From: a virus
Lineage: Duplodnaviria; Caudoviricetes
Virus record (IMG/VR): IMGVR_UViG_3300049790_000014
Location: 1-48,130 of that record
DNA length: 48,130 nt
Strand: one strand, 5' to 3'
Below are positions 1-7,642 of this stretch, in pieces (within the stretch, counting starts at the first letter, position 1; every line of letters begins with the position of its first letter). Both the position numbers and the translations under genes were made by a program. The notes under the pieces were generated by a model, which did no database searches, had not been told where the DNA came from, and saw nothing but the letters and a program-made list of their open reading frames with translations.

Positions 1-127
1 ATTAAGGGGTATCAGCATGACGGTGAATGTATCATCGTGGAGTTCCATATCGCAGACTGGGACAGCAACATGACCATGCATTGCTGGATTGACCACACTG
101 GCCGCATCTATGGCGAATGGTAGAGCT
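1..127. repeat. Terminal direct repeat, copy 1 (identical to 48004-48130); most likely an assembly overlap of a circular contig
   Basis: attaaggggtatcagc...tggtagagct occurs at both ends. The length equals a common assembler k-mer (127) and the repeat lies inside a gene. Confidence 0.95.
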
Positions 128-243
128 ACCGCTGGTAGTATCCGCGCGCGGCTGCAGCCGGGGGCGAAAGAAATCCCACTAGCCCCGACCGATTTCAGTG
201 GACAGACTCATCGCACATCTATAGCTTTCGACTCGGCCCAAAC

Positions 244-255
244 GGCAATCACGCC
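244..255 (+). promoter_or_regulatory. GGCAATCACGCC leader motif, second copy at 47895-47906
   Basis: Exact 12-mer upstream of the first two early genes; both are followed by GGARCGACTCASATG. Confidence 0.5.
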
Positions 256-283
256 TCGGCCCTAACCTTAAGGAACGACTCAC

Positions 284-1009
284 ATGAACAAATCGGCCCC
301 GATTAACAAAGCTGGCCAGCCCGGCAAGGTCCTTGCTGACAAAACCCCTGTCAAGGGCTCGCAGGATAGCGCTGCTAGCGCCCCTGTTGCGACCACATCT
401 GACGACGGCAAGACCAAAAAGAATCAGGCCATCAAGGTCGCATATCTGGCCGACACAAACGGTAGCGTTACCGCGAGCGCAGGTATCCCCTCAACCGGCT
501 TCATCGGCGTGCGCATTGGCGCCCCCGGCATGGCCGATATGGACCTCGCCATCGCTGACCTCCCGCGCGAAATCATCCAAAGCGCGCTGGCCTTCGGCCT
601 CAACACGGCAATCCGCAACGCGTTCAACACGCGGCGCAACACGGTTGGCGTGACCGACGACGAGGCGCGCGAGTTCATGCTGGCGCGTGTGGACGGCTGG
701 AAGCGCGGCGAATGGTCGCAGCGTGGCGAGGCGACTCCGGATAACAGCGTGCCGCTGGTTATCGAAGCCATGATCCGCGCGACGAAGGCCGCTGGCGTGC
801 ACACGCAGGCCAAGGAAGACGGCTGGCTCGCGCACTATCGCGGCTTGCCCGACGCCAAGGCCAAGGCCAAGCAAACCGCCGAGTGGCTCAAGAAAACCGC
901 CGTTAACGCGGCGTTCGAGGCGATCAAGGCCGAGCGCGCTGCGGCCCGTGCCGAAGCCGCGAAAGGGCGCTCTACGCCCGCCGCAAGCGCCGATCTGGGC
1001 GACCTCTAA
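284..1009 (+). CDS. Early hypothetical protein, Ala/Lys-rich helical (241 aa)
   Basis: SD-like aagga upstream, long ORF, followed by a terminator. Confidence 0.85.
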   Translation: MNKSAPINKAGQPGKVLADKTPVKGSQDSAASAPVATTSDDGKTKKNQAIKVAYLADTNGSVTASAGIPSTGFIGVRIGAPGMADMDLAIADLPREIIQSALAFGLNTAIRNAFNTRRNTVGVTDDEAREFMLARVDGWKRGEWSQRGEATPDNSVPLVIEAMIRATKAAGVHTQAKEDGWLAHYRGLPDAKAKAKQTAEWLKKTAVNAAFEAIKAERAAARAEAAKGRSTPAASADLGDL

Positions 1010-1034
1010 GCGCCCAAAACCGCTGCGCGAAACT

Positions 1035-1058
1035 AGGGGCCGCACTGGCCCCTTTTTT
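1035..1058 (+). terminator. Rho-independent terminator
   Basis: aGGGGCC-gcact-GGCCCCt followed by a T-run, 25 bp after the stop codon. Confidence 0.85.
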
Positions 1059-1059
1059 C

Positions 1060-1500
1060 ATGCCCGACGCGCCCGCTGCGCGCCAATCCAGCCCCTATTC
1101 TGCCCCCGCCCCTATCTACATAGCACCCCGATTCCCGCCCCCACACACCCCCTTCCCGCCCGCCCTACCCCCCGCTCAAATGTGTTCGCAATCTGATCAA
1201 AATCATACAAGCCCCCCCTTCCATTCACCAAAGGTACTACCTTTCCGGTTGTACCCTCACACCCTCTAGTTGCACAACCTATAATATATATTTTATATAT
1301 TACACCCATCATATATATATTCTCACACATGAGTCAACGCGAAGCTGTAGAGCTACCCCTCCACACCAACGAGTTGCAATGTTCGTACACCAACAAACAC
1401 GACGGGGGGCTTGTATCATTTTTGGCCCCATTTCCGCCACATTCCCCGATTAAGCTACCCGTCTTCCTGGCCAAAATCTGTCCAGCGCCCAACTTAGAGG
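1060..1500. other. Non-coding region with C-runs and an AT-rich core (about 1280-1322); candidate replication origin
   Basis: tataatatatattttatatattacacccatcatatatatatt in an otherwise GC-rich genome; no convincing gene. Confidence 0.5.
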
Positions 1501-1509
1501 TCCCACACC

Positions 1510-1728
1510 ATGGTAGCATCCCGACACCCTCGCCACATCTCCCCCGCACTCGCAATTGCCGCGTGCACCGACGTCCTCGCAGCCCTAGCCGCCGACAACG
1601 AACTCTCCGAGATGCACCTCGACGAGATATCAGCCGCGCTAATCACCGCTGGCTACGACAAGCACCTACGCACCGCACTCCTCTCCTACCTGCGCGACAT
1701 AATCGCAAAGAGCGGCGCTTCGCGCTAA
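1510..1728 (+). CDS. Hypothetical protein (72 aa)
   Basis: gagg upstream; C-ending codon bias like neighbours. Confidence 0.65.
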   Translation: MVASRHPRHISPALAIAACTDVLAALAADNELSEMHLDEISAALITAGYDKHLRTALLSYLRDIIAKSGASR

Positions 1729-1785
1729 CCGCCCACCTGTAGGGGCCTCCACAACCCCTACACCCCCAAGCGCTTCGCGCTAACC
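1715..1785. repeat. Two copies of GCGCTTCGCGCTAACC (1715-1730, 1770-1785) flanking a TGTAGGGG/CCCCTACA hairpin
   Basis: Direct reading of the sequence. Confidence 0.8.
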
Positions 1786-1807
1786 CTCACACCAACGGAA
1801 CACCCCC

Positions 1808-2050
1808 ATGACCAAACGCTACGTGTCCCAACTGGCCGCAAACGGCAAAAGCGACATCCTCGCAATCCACTCCGAACTCCGCCTGGCCCAAGAGAGCTGG
1901 ACCATAAGCTACAGGAGGATCGGCGAGGTCCACTTCACCAATGTCAACGACCTACACTACGGTGTATTCCTCGACGTCAGCCCCACCGAACGCAAACTGG
2001 TCGGCCTCATCCACATCGTCGACATGTTCACCGAGGCCTGCCAGCTATGA
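1808..2050 (+). CDS. Hypothetical protein (80 aa)
   Basis: ORF with upstream gga; ATGA coupling to the next gene. Confidence 0.7.
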   Translation: MTKRYVSQLAANGKSDILAIHSELRLAQESWTISYRRIGEVHFTNVNDLHYGVFLDVSPTERKLVGLIHIVDMFTEACQL

Positions 2051-2208
2051 CCCGCAAAACTCGCGCCCTCTACATCCTCGCTGCCCGCCTCCGCGCCCTC
2101 GAGCTCGACTCCACACCCTCAAGCGCCCTCATCCTGCGCCCAGTCCTGCGCCGCGCAACCATCCTGGAGCCGGTCCTGGCCCCATCCTCCCCCACCGGAG
2201 CCCTCTAA
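2047..2208 (+). CDS. Hypothetical protein (53 aa, MTRKTRALY..., not in ORF track)
   Basis: ATGA overlap with the previous stop and TAATG overlap with the next start. Confidence 0.6.
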   Translation: MTRKTRALYILAARLRALELDSTPSSALILRPVLRRATILEPVLAPSSPTGAL

Positions 2209-2450
2209 TGGCCCAAGCCAACCTCCGCATGCACTGCATATTCAAGGACCGCCAGCCCCTACTCGGCCTCCTCAACCCAACCTCCGCCGGCTGCTGGGCA
2301 CGCCTATCCACCATCCTCAACATCAACAAAGGCGCCCGCCGCTCCAACCCCGCCCCACGCCTCACGCGCCCTGAGATGGAGGCCCTCGGCTATTCCTGCT
2401 ACCCCGTCCTACTCTCCTGGGACCTCGACAAAACCGGACCATCCTCATGA
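2208..2450 (+). CDS. Hypothetical protein (MAQANLRMHC...)
   Basis: ggag SD, TAATG coupling; 3' part of ORF 1941..2450. Confidence 0.65.
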   Translation: MAQANLRMHCIFKDRQPLLGLLNPTSAGCWARLSTILNINKGARRSNPAPRLTRPEMEALGYSCYPVLLSWDLDKTGPSS

Positions 2451-2941
2451 CCCCGACAGCGCCGCTTCACATCCCTCACGAGCCCCTGCAGCGGCGCTGT
2501 CCCTCCTGCAAGCGCACTTTCTCGCCCTCATCACCCGCGCAAAAATACTGCAACAACCCCTGTCGCTACCAGTACCGCAAGCCCTCCGCCGCCGAGCGCC
2601 TCGCAATCCGCGAAGCCCTCGCAATCCCGGTCCACTGCGCCTCCTGCGACGCCCCATTCCTGCGCTCGCGCCTCAACATCATCCGCTGCCCCCTGTGCGC
2701 GTCCCGAGGCAACTACAGCGCCCCCCTTCCCGCCCGCTCCGCTCGCGGCGACCTATTCCTAATCCGGCAATCCTCCCTCCCCACACCCTCTCCCGCGCCC
2801 ACATGCGGCGAGGAGCGCCGCATCATTCGCGCCATCGAGCGCCTCCCCGACGACGACCCCGCAATCCCGCGCCTCCAAGCGCGCCTCGAAGCAATCTGGG
2901 CTCACGAAATCGCCCAAATGCGCCTCAAACTCAACCAGTAA
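2447..2941 (+). CDS. Zinc-finger protein
   Basis: CPSC..YCNNPC and CASC..CPLC motifs. Confidence 0.7.
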   Translation: MTPTAPLHIPHEPLQRRCPSCKRTFSPSSPAQKYCNNPCRYQYRKPSAAERLAIREALAIPVHCASCDAPFLRSRLNIIRCPLCASRGNYSAPLPARSARGDLFLIRQSSLPTPSPAPTCGEERRIIRAIERLPDDDPAIPRLQARLEAIWAHEIAQMRLKLNQ

Positions 2942-2953
2942 AGGAGCGTACCC

Positions 2954-3553
2954 ATGACATACCCCGACGACCTCCTCCCCGAAGAGGTAACCGACCCCTT
3001 TGCGGCCTCTACTGACAGCGTCCCCGAACTCACCCCCATCGACTGGAAGGCCAGCGCCGAGCTCCTAACCCAGCGCCTCCTCGAAAAGGAGCGCGAACTG
3101 GAGGAATCCCGCGCCGTATGCGCAGCCCTCCAAGACATGAACGCCAAGTGGCTCAACGAGGTTAACGCCCACACCGCCACCAAGCGCGAGCTCCAGCGCG
3201 CAAACGAGATGTGCGGCGGTCTGGAGTTCTCCGACGGGCGCCTCCAAACGCCCCAGCAAATGGTCGCAGCCGCCACGCGCGAACTCAACGATGCCCTGCG
3301 CATCGCCGGCATCCGCGAGGCCAACCTCACCACCGTGGTCGACACCCTCTCGCGCTCCAACGGCGAGAAAACCACACGCATTGCCGACCTAATGCTCGAA
3401 TACAATGCCCTTCTCGAAATGGTCTCCACCCCACTCCACCGCTGGCTCTGGAACCTCCTCCGCAAGCGCTCGACCATCGTCCAGCGCGCCGAGACCCGCG
3501 CCTATAAGCGTCGCGTAACCACCAGCGCCCATGCGCTAAACACTCCCGAGTAG
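2954..3553 (+). CDS. Coiled-coil hypothetical protein (199 aa)
   Basis: aaggag SD; heptad-like LLEKERELEE segment. Confidence 0.8.
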   Translation: MTYPDDLLPEEVTDPFAASTDSVPELTPIDWKASAELLTQRLLEKERELEESRAVCAALQDMNAKWLNEVNAHTATKRELQRANEMCGGLEFSDGRLQTPQQMVAAATRELNDALRIAGIREANLTTVVDTLSRSNGEKTTRIADLMLEYNALLEMVSTPLHRWLWNLLRKRSTIVQRAETRAYKRRVTTSAHALNTPE

Positions 3554-3581
3554 TACCACGTGCCCCGGCACATAGTACCAC
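3550..3581. repeat. 32-bp imperfect palindrome, copy 1
   Basis: GTAGTACCACGTGCCCCGGCACATAGTACCAC; includes the TAG stop of 2954..3553. Confidence 0.9.
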
Positions 3582-3597
3582 CAAACGAGGCCCTGAC

Positions 3598-3795
3598 ATG
3601 ACCACCAAGACCAAACCAACCCCTCCCACACCCACACTCGCCGCCGCGCGGAAAGCCCTCTCCGCCTGCCCCCACCTCACCCCGGCCGAGCGCCGCGCCT
3701 TCAAGCGCCACCTATCCGAGGTCGCACACACGCGCCACCTCTACCCCACCGGCGCCAAAGACCTCGGCCATCGCCAAGCCCGAGAGAGCTTCTAA
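3598..3795 (+). CDS. Hypothetical protein (65 aa)
   Basis: gagg SD. Confidence 0.65.
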   Translation: MTTKTKPTPPTPTLAAARKALSACPHLTPAERRAFKRHLSEVAHTRHLYPTGAKDLGHRQARESF

Positions 3796-3799
3796 CCCC

Positions 3800-3934
3800 A
3801 TGAACACCCTCATCTCCGCCATGCAAGCCGCCGGCGAGCTCAACATCCTCCTCATCCTCGGGAGCGTGATGATCCTCGCCGGCCTCATCGCAATCGCAGT
3901 CGCCTGGAGCATGACCAATGATGACCGCGACTGA
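3800..3934 (+). CDS. Small membrane protein (44 aa, not in ORF track)
   Basis: MNTLISAMQAAGELNILLILGSVMILAGLIAIAVAW, one TM segment. Confidence 0.6.
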   Translation: MNTLISAMQAAGELNILLILGSVMILAGLIAIAVAWSMTNDDRD

Positions 3935-4037
3935 GGTTGCCCTCCGCTATCTGGTCCTGATCGCGACCCCATTCGCGCTCTGGGCCACAATCATCCTCCT
4001 CATGTACCTCTCTCATCTCTCCAACAAGAGGCCCTAA
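3918..4037 (+). CDS. Small membrane protein (39 aa, not in ORF track)
   Basis: MMTATEVALRYLVLIATPFALWATIILLMY, one TM segment; ggag upstream. Confidence 0.55.
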   Translation: MMTATEVALRYLVLIATPFALWATIILLMYLSHLSNKRP

Positions 4038-4038
4038 C

Positions 4039-4503
4039 ATGGAAATGACCGTTCCCCCCTACCACTACGACGAGCCCACCGTCACCCGCGACGTGATCCG
4101 CAACGTCAGGAGCGAATTCCGCACCCTCAACCACCAGCCCCTCACCCTCTCCTCAACCCTCATCGCGGGCATCATCCTCGAAACGCTCGACGAATTCAAC
4201 AACCTCCTCGACTCAGGCATGTCCGAGGCCCTCGCCAACGCTGCCTGCAACAACATCCTCCAAATGGCCCTCCTCACCCTCGAAAACTGGCACAAGGACC
4301 GCACGCGATGCCTAACCTTATCCCCTTCATCATCCTCGTCTACCTCCTCGTCGGCGCCCTCATCGCCGTCTACCTCCTCCTCGACGACCCCTGGATCCTC
4401 GTCCGACCTCACTGGACAAGCGCCCAGCGCTGGGGAGCCTACCTCCTCTTCACCGTCTTCCTCTCCCTCGCCTGGCTCCCGGCCCTCATCCTGCTCGGAA
4501 TAG
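4039..4503 (+). CDS. Hypothetical helical protein, possibly degenerate MazG-like, with Ser-rich tail overlapping the next gene
   Basis: gagg SD; IILETLDEF...ILQMA loosely resembles MazG-like phage proteins. Confidence 0.6.
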   Translation: MEMTVPPYHYDEPTVTRDVIRNVRSEFRTLNHQPLTLSSTLIAGIILETLDEFNNLLDSGMSEALANAACNNILQMALLTLENWHKDRTRCLTLSPSSSSSTSSSAPSSPSTSSSTTPGSSSDLTGQAPSAGEPTSSSPSSSPSPGSRPSSCSE

Positions 4504-4541
4504 CCGCCCTCTTCGATCGCAACTCAAACCGCGAGCTCTAA
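4308..4541 (+). CDS. Membrane protein with 2 TM segments (77 aa)
   Basis: Two hydrophobic helices; aagga SD. Confidence 0.75.
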   Translation: MPNLIPFIILVYLLVGALIAVYLLLDDPWILVRPHWTSAQRWGAYLLFTVFLSLAWLPALILLGIAALFDRNSNREL

Positions 4542-4542
4542 A

Positions 4543-5436
4543 ATGAAGCCCAATCCCAACCTCCACCTCTTCGAGGCGCCCATCGCCCGCCTGTGCTGGT
4601 GCTACGGCGCCTCTACCTGCGCCGCATGCCGCGACCGCAACCGGCACAACACAACCACCCAGCGCCTAGTCGAGCTCATAAAGCCCGCCCGCATCAGCCA
4701 CCTCGACCTACGGCCCGTGACCGACACCGAGCTCACCACCTGGCTCAAGGGAGCGCACCAGACCACCCTAGCGAAAGCCCTCCGCAACGACTACACTTCC
4801 GGCACTCGCGAGGGCAACCACATCACCTTCCCCGACGACATAGCCATCGTCCCCGTCCGCACCTCCCCAGACGGCACCTATTGCAGCGTCGGCAAGTACA
4901 CCATCGCGCCCGACCTTGTCGTCACCGACGAGCACGACGCCCGCATCGGCCTCTGGGATCCCGACCGCAACCTAATCATCCTCGACAAACGGCCCCGCAT
5001 CAAGCGCGACGAGAGCGCCCGCGCCCGCATTGCATCCCGCTCCGCGGCCGACATCGACCGCATCCGCCAGACCTGGGACGCTAAGCCCCCCGCCTCCGTA
5101 ATCAACTTCATCGCCCTCAACCGCGTCGTCGTCGACCACATCCGCCCCGACCGCCCCGTGACCGTGTTCTACGACCCATTACACGGCTTCTATCACCTCC
5201 GTCCCGCGACCGACTTCGGCCGCCCCAAGCACCTCCCCTCCGAGCGCGTCTACCACAAGCGCCCGGACCACGACGACATGTGCGACCTCCACGCCCAGCA
5301 CTGGAACGTCGTCAAGTGTGAGTGCAGCTACATGAAAGGCCTCTGCACTTACTGCTGCGGCGGCTGGCACAACGACGTCCCCTGGGACACCGAGCTCTAC
5401 ACCAACGGCCTTGTCAACCCCGAGGAGTTCCTCTAA
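4543..5436 (+). CDS. Hypothetical protein with Cys clusters at both termini (297 aa)
   Basis: CWCYGASTCAAC and CECSYMKGLCTYCC. Confidence 0.8.
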   Translation: MKPNPNLHLFEAPIARLCWCYGASTCAACRDRNRHNTTTQRLVELIKPARISHLDLRPVTDTELTTWLKGAHQTTLAKALRNDYTSGTREGNHITFPDDIAIVPVRTSPDGTYCSVGKYTIAPDLVVTDEHDARIGLWDPDRNLIILDKRPRIKRDESARARIASRSAADIDRIRQTWDAKPPASVINFIALNRVVVDHIRPDRPVTVFYDPLHGFYHLRPATDFGRPKHLPSERVYHKRPDHDDMCDLHAQHWNVVKCECSYMKGLCTYCCGGWHNDVPWDTELYTNGLVNPEEFL

Positions 5437-5855
5437 TGGCCAACACCCTCCGCCTCACGCGCGCCCGAAACCTCCTCGAGGCCGCCCCTGCCGCCCTCGC
5501 CCAGATGTCCCACCTCGGCGAGCGCTCCCACCGCGAGTGCCCCCGCTGCGTCATCGGCTGGGTCTGGCTCGACCAAAAGATCAACCTCCACGAGTACAAA
5601 AACCACATCGCGCTCACCAACGGCCACTTCGACTCCGAATGGCTCGACATCTCCTTCGACGCCTTCAGCGACACCCTCAGCCTCATGGACGGCCCAAAAC
5701 TCTCCCTGCCCATGTTCACATTCGACCGCGAGCCCGAGGACAAGCGCAAGCACGCAATGCTCTGCGTCTTCGACCACCTCATCAACACGGGCACGCCCCT
5801 CTGGACCGAGGCCCTCATCAGCGCCGGTATCGACCCCTGCCCGGAGCTCGCATGA
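5436..5855 (+). CDS. Hypothetical protein (MANTLRL...)
   Basis: gaggag SD, TAATG coupling. Confidence 0.75.
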   Translation: MANTLRLTRARNLLEAAPAALAQMSHLGERSHRECPRCVIGWVWLDQKINLHEYKNHIALTNGHFDSEWLDISFDAFSDTLSLMDGPKLSLPMFTFDREPEDKRKHAMLCVFDHLINTGTPLWTEALISAGIDPCPELA

Positions 5856-6106
5856 CCGCCACGATCCTCGAGTTCCCAATCTCTCGCTGGCCGCGCCTCC
5901 ACCCGCGGCCATACTCTATCGACGTGGAGTTCACCAAGCTCTTCCCATACGCGGCCTACGCCACCGACCCCCACACCCGCCTAGCGCTCGCCGAGAGCGA
6001 CCGCAAAACCCAACTCCACCTCTCCTCCACCTCCTCCTACCTCTACGACGTCAACCGCCACGTCGCCCTCATCAACCTCATCAACCACATCAAAGGAGCC
6101 CTATGA
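5852..6106 (+). CDS. Hypothetical protein (MTATILEFP...)
   Basis: ggag SD, ATGA coupling. Confidence 0.7.
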   Translation: MTATILEFPISRWPRLHPRPYSIDVEFTKLFPYAAYATDPHTRLALAESDRKTQLHLSSTSSYLYDVNRHVALINLINHIKGAL

Positions 6107-6423
6107 CTTACCCAATCTGGCTAACCCTCGACACCCCACGCGGCCCCGAGGCCATGAATATCGCGCTCTGCTACCGCATCCGCCGCAGCGAGCCCGAAAA
6201 ACTCACCTACCTCTACCTCATGGGCTGCAAGGACCCCGTAGCCGTGCGCTCCACCCCAGCGGAAATCTCCAAGGCCGCCATCAACGAGATCCGCCAATCG
6301 CCCCTCGTCTCGGCCGCGAACTCCCTCAACATCATCGCCAAATGCTTCCTCAAGGACATGGCCGACCGCGAAAAAGCCGAAGCCGGCCCCGGCCTCCTCA
6401 TCCCAAAAGGAGCCCTCCGGTGA
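6103..6423 (+). CDS. Hypothetical protein (106 aa)
   Basis: aaggag SD, ATGA coupling. Confidence 0.8.
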   Translation: MTYPIWLTLDTPRGPEAMNIALCYRIRRSEPEKLTYLYLMGCKDPVAVRSTPAEISKAAINEIRQSPLVSAANSLNIIAKCFLKDMADREKAEAGPGLLIPKGALR

Positions 6424-6878
6424 TCACACTGACCTCCGTAGCCGACTTCCCTGCCGAGCTCGTCACACTCCTCGAGAGCGCCTCGAAGGCCCCGGTCTAC
6501 GTCCCCTGCCCTACCCCCTCCCGCGGCCGCAACATCCGGCACGTGCTCCGCCGCCTGGCCCAAGCGCTCCGGCGCGAGGACCCAGCGCGCTACGGCTCCA
6601 TGACCATGATCTCCATCCGCCTCTACACCACGGCCGAGGTCACGCTCAACGACGCCTCCTGGAACCCCGGTCCGGGGTTCCCCTACACCGTCCTAGTGGA
6701 CGCACGCGACCCTTTCGTCGACCTCATCTCCAAGGCTCAACCCGCCCACATCGAGCAACCAGCCTCGGAGATCTCCTCGGTCATCGAGGACCCAGACGAA
6801 GGGGCCGAGGACGACGACATCGACCTAAGCGGCAGCGACATGAGCTCCATCCTCTCCCGCATAGGCAAGCGCTCATGA
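6420..6878 (+). CDS. Hypothetical protein with acidic C-terminus
   Basis: aaggag SD, GTGA coupling. Confidence 0.75.
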   Translation: MITLTSVADFPAELVTLLESASKAPVYVPCPTPSRGRNIRHVLRRLAQALRREDPARYGSMTMISIRLYTTAEVTLNDASWNPGPGFPYTVLVDARDPFVDLISKAQPAHIEQPASEISSVIEDPDEGAEDDDIDLSGSDMSSILSRIGKRS

Positions 6879-7054
6879 GCACCAACAAACCCCAGCTCAA
6901 GGTCTACATAACCCCTGAGCTCAACGAAGCGATCCGGGTCCACCTCCACGACCCCGTCTACAACAAGCCCCGCCAGGGCAAACTCTCGGCCCTCGTCGAG
7001 AACGCCCTCTGGGAGTACCTCCGTCTCAACGCAGGCAAGCGAGCCAAATCATGA
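6875..7054 (+). CDS. Ribbon-helix-helix-like DNA-binding protein (59 aa, not in ORF track)
   Basis: MSTNKPQLKVYITPELNEAIRVHL...GKLSALVENALWEYL fits the RHH pattern; ATGA coupling at both ends. Confidence 0.65.
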   Translation: MSTNKPQLKVYITPELNEAIRVHLHDPVYNKPRQGKLSALVENALWEYLRLNAGKRAKS

Positions 7055-7338
7055 CCGAAACCACCACCACCACGACCACCTCCATCCCGCAGCGCCAGGA
7101 GTTCTACACGCGCTTCCGCGACATCCAAGCGAAACTCCGCGACGCCGAGCACAACCCCGGCACTCTCACCCACGAGCAGATCCGCGACCTCACCCGCGAA
7201 GCTGCCGCCATAGTCCACGGCCTCCAATCCGTGGTCGCCACCGGACCCAAGGGCCGCAAGCCCGCCGCCGAAAAAACCAAAGCTCCCAAGACCACGGTCA
7301 AAGAGTCCTCCAACAACGACTCGCTGGACGACCTATAA
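7051..7338 (+). CDS. Hypothetical protein (95 aa)
   Basis: Coupled ORF; ends in SLDDL. Confidence 0.75.
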   Translation: MTETTTTTTTSIPQRQEFYTRFRDIQAKLRDAEHNPGTLTHEQIRDLTREAAAIVHGLQSVVATGPKGRKPAAEKTKAPKTTVKESSNNDSLDDL

Positions 7339-7511
7339 TGCTCCGCTACCACCTCTCACGAGAGTTCGGCATATGGTGGGTCCGCCACGGCCGCAACTAT
7401 ATCACCCTCAAAGCGCCCTGGAACGCGCCTCTGTTCTCCGAGCGCAACGGCTACGTCAAACCCCGCATCAGCTTCCGCGGCTGGCGCCTCTTCATAGGAC
7501 GCAAGAGCTAA
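7338..7511 (+). CDS. Small hypothetical protein (57 aa, PLFSERNG motif, not in ORF track)
   Basis: TAATG coupling at both ends. Confidence 0.65.
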   Translation: MLRYHLSREFGIWWVRHGRNYITLKAPWNAPLFSERNGYVKPRISFRGWRLFIGRKS

Positions 7512-7642
7512 TGTTCGGCGACGTTGACACCTCCTATCGCACCAACGAGCGGCCCTTCCACCCGCTCGTCTTCCTCGCGTTAAGCGCGCTTAGCCCCCTC
7601 ATCGCCGCTCTCATCATCGGAGCATTCACATGGCTGATCTAG
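7511..7642 (+). CDS. Small membrane protein (43 aa)
   Basis: TAATG start; hydrophobic C-terminal half. Confidence 0.55.
   Translation: MFGDVDTSYRTNERPFHPLVFLALSALSPLIAALIIGAFTWLI

Noticed and set aside
1-127. Biological direct terminal repeat
   Set aside because: The length matches a standard assembler k-mer and it cuts through a gene. It shows circularity, not physical ends.
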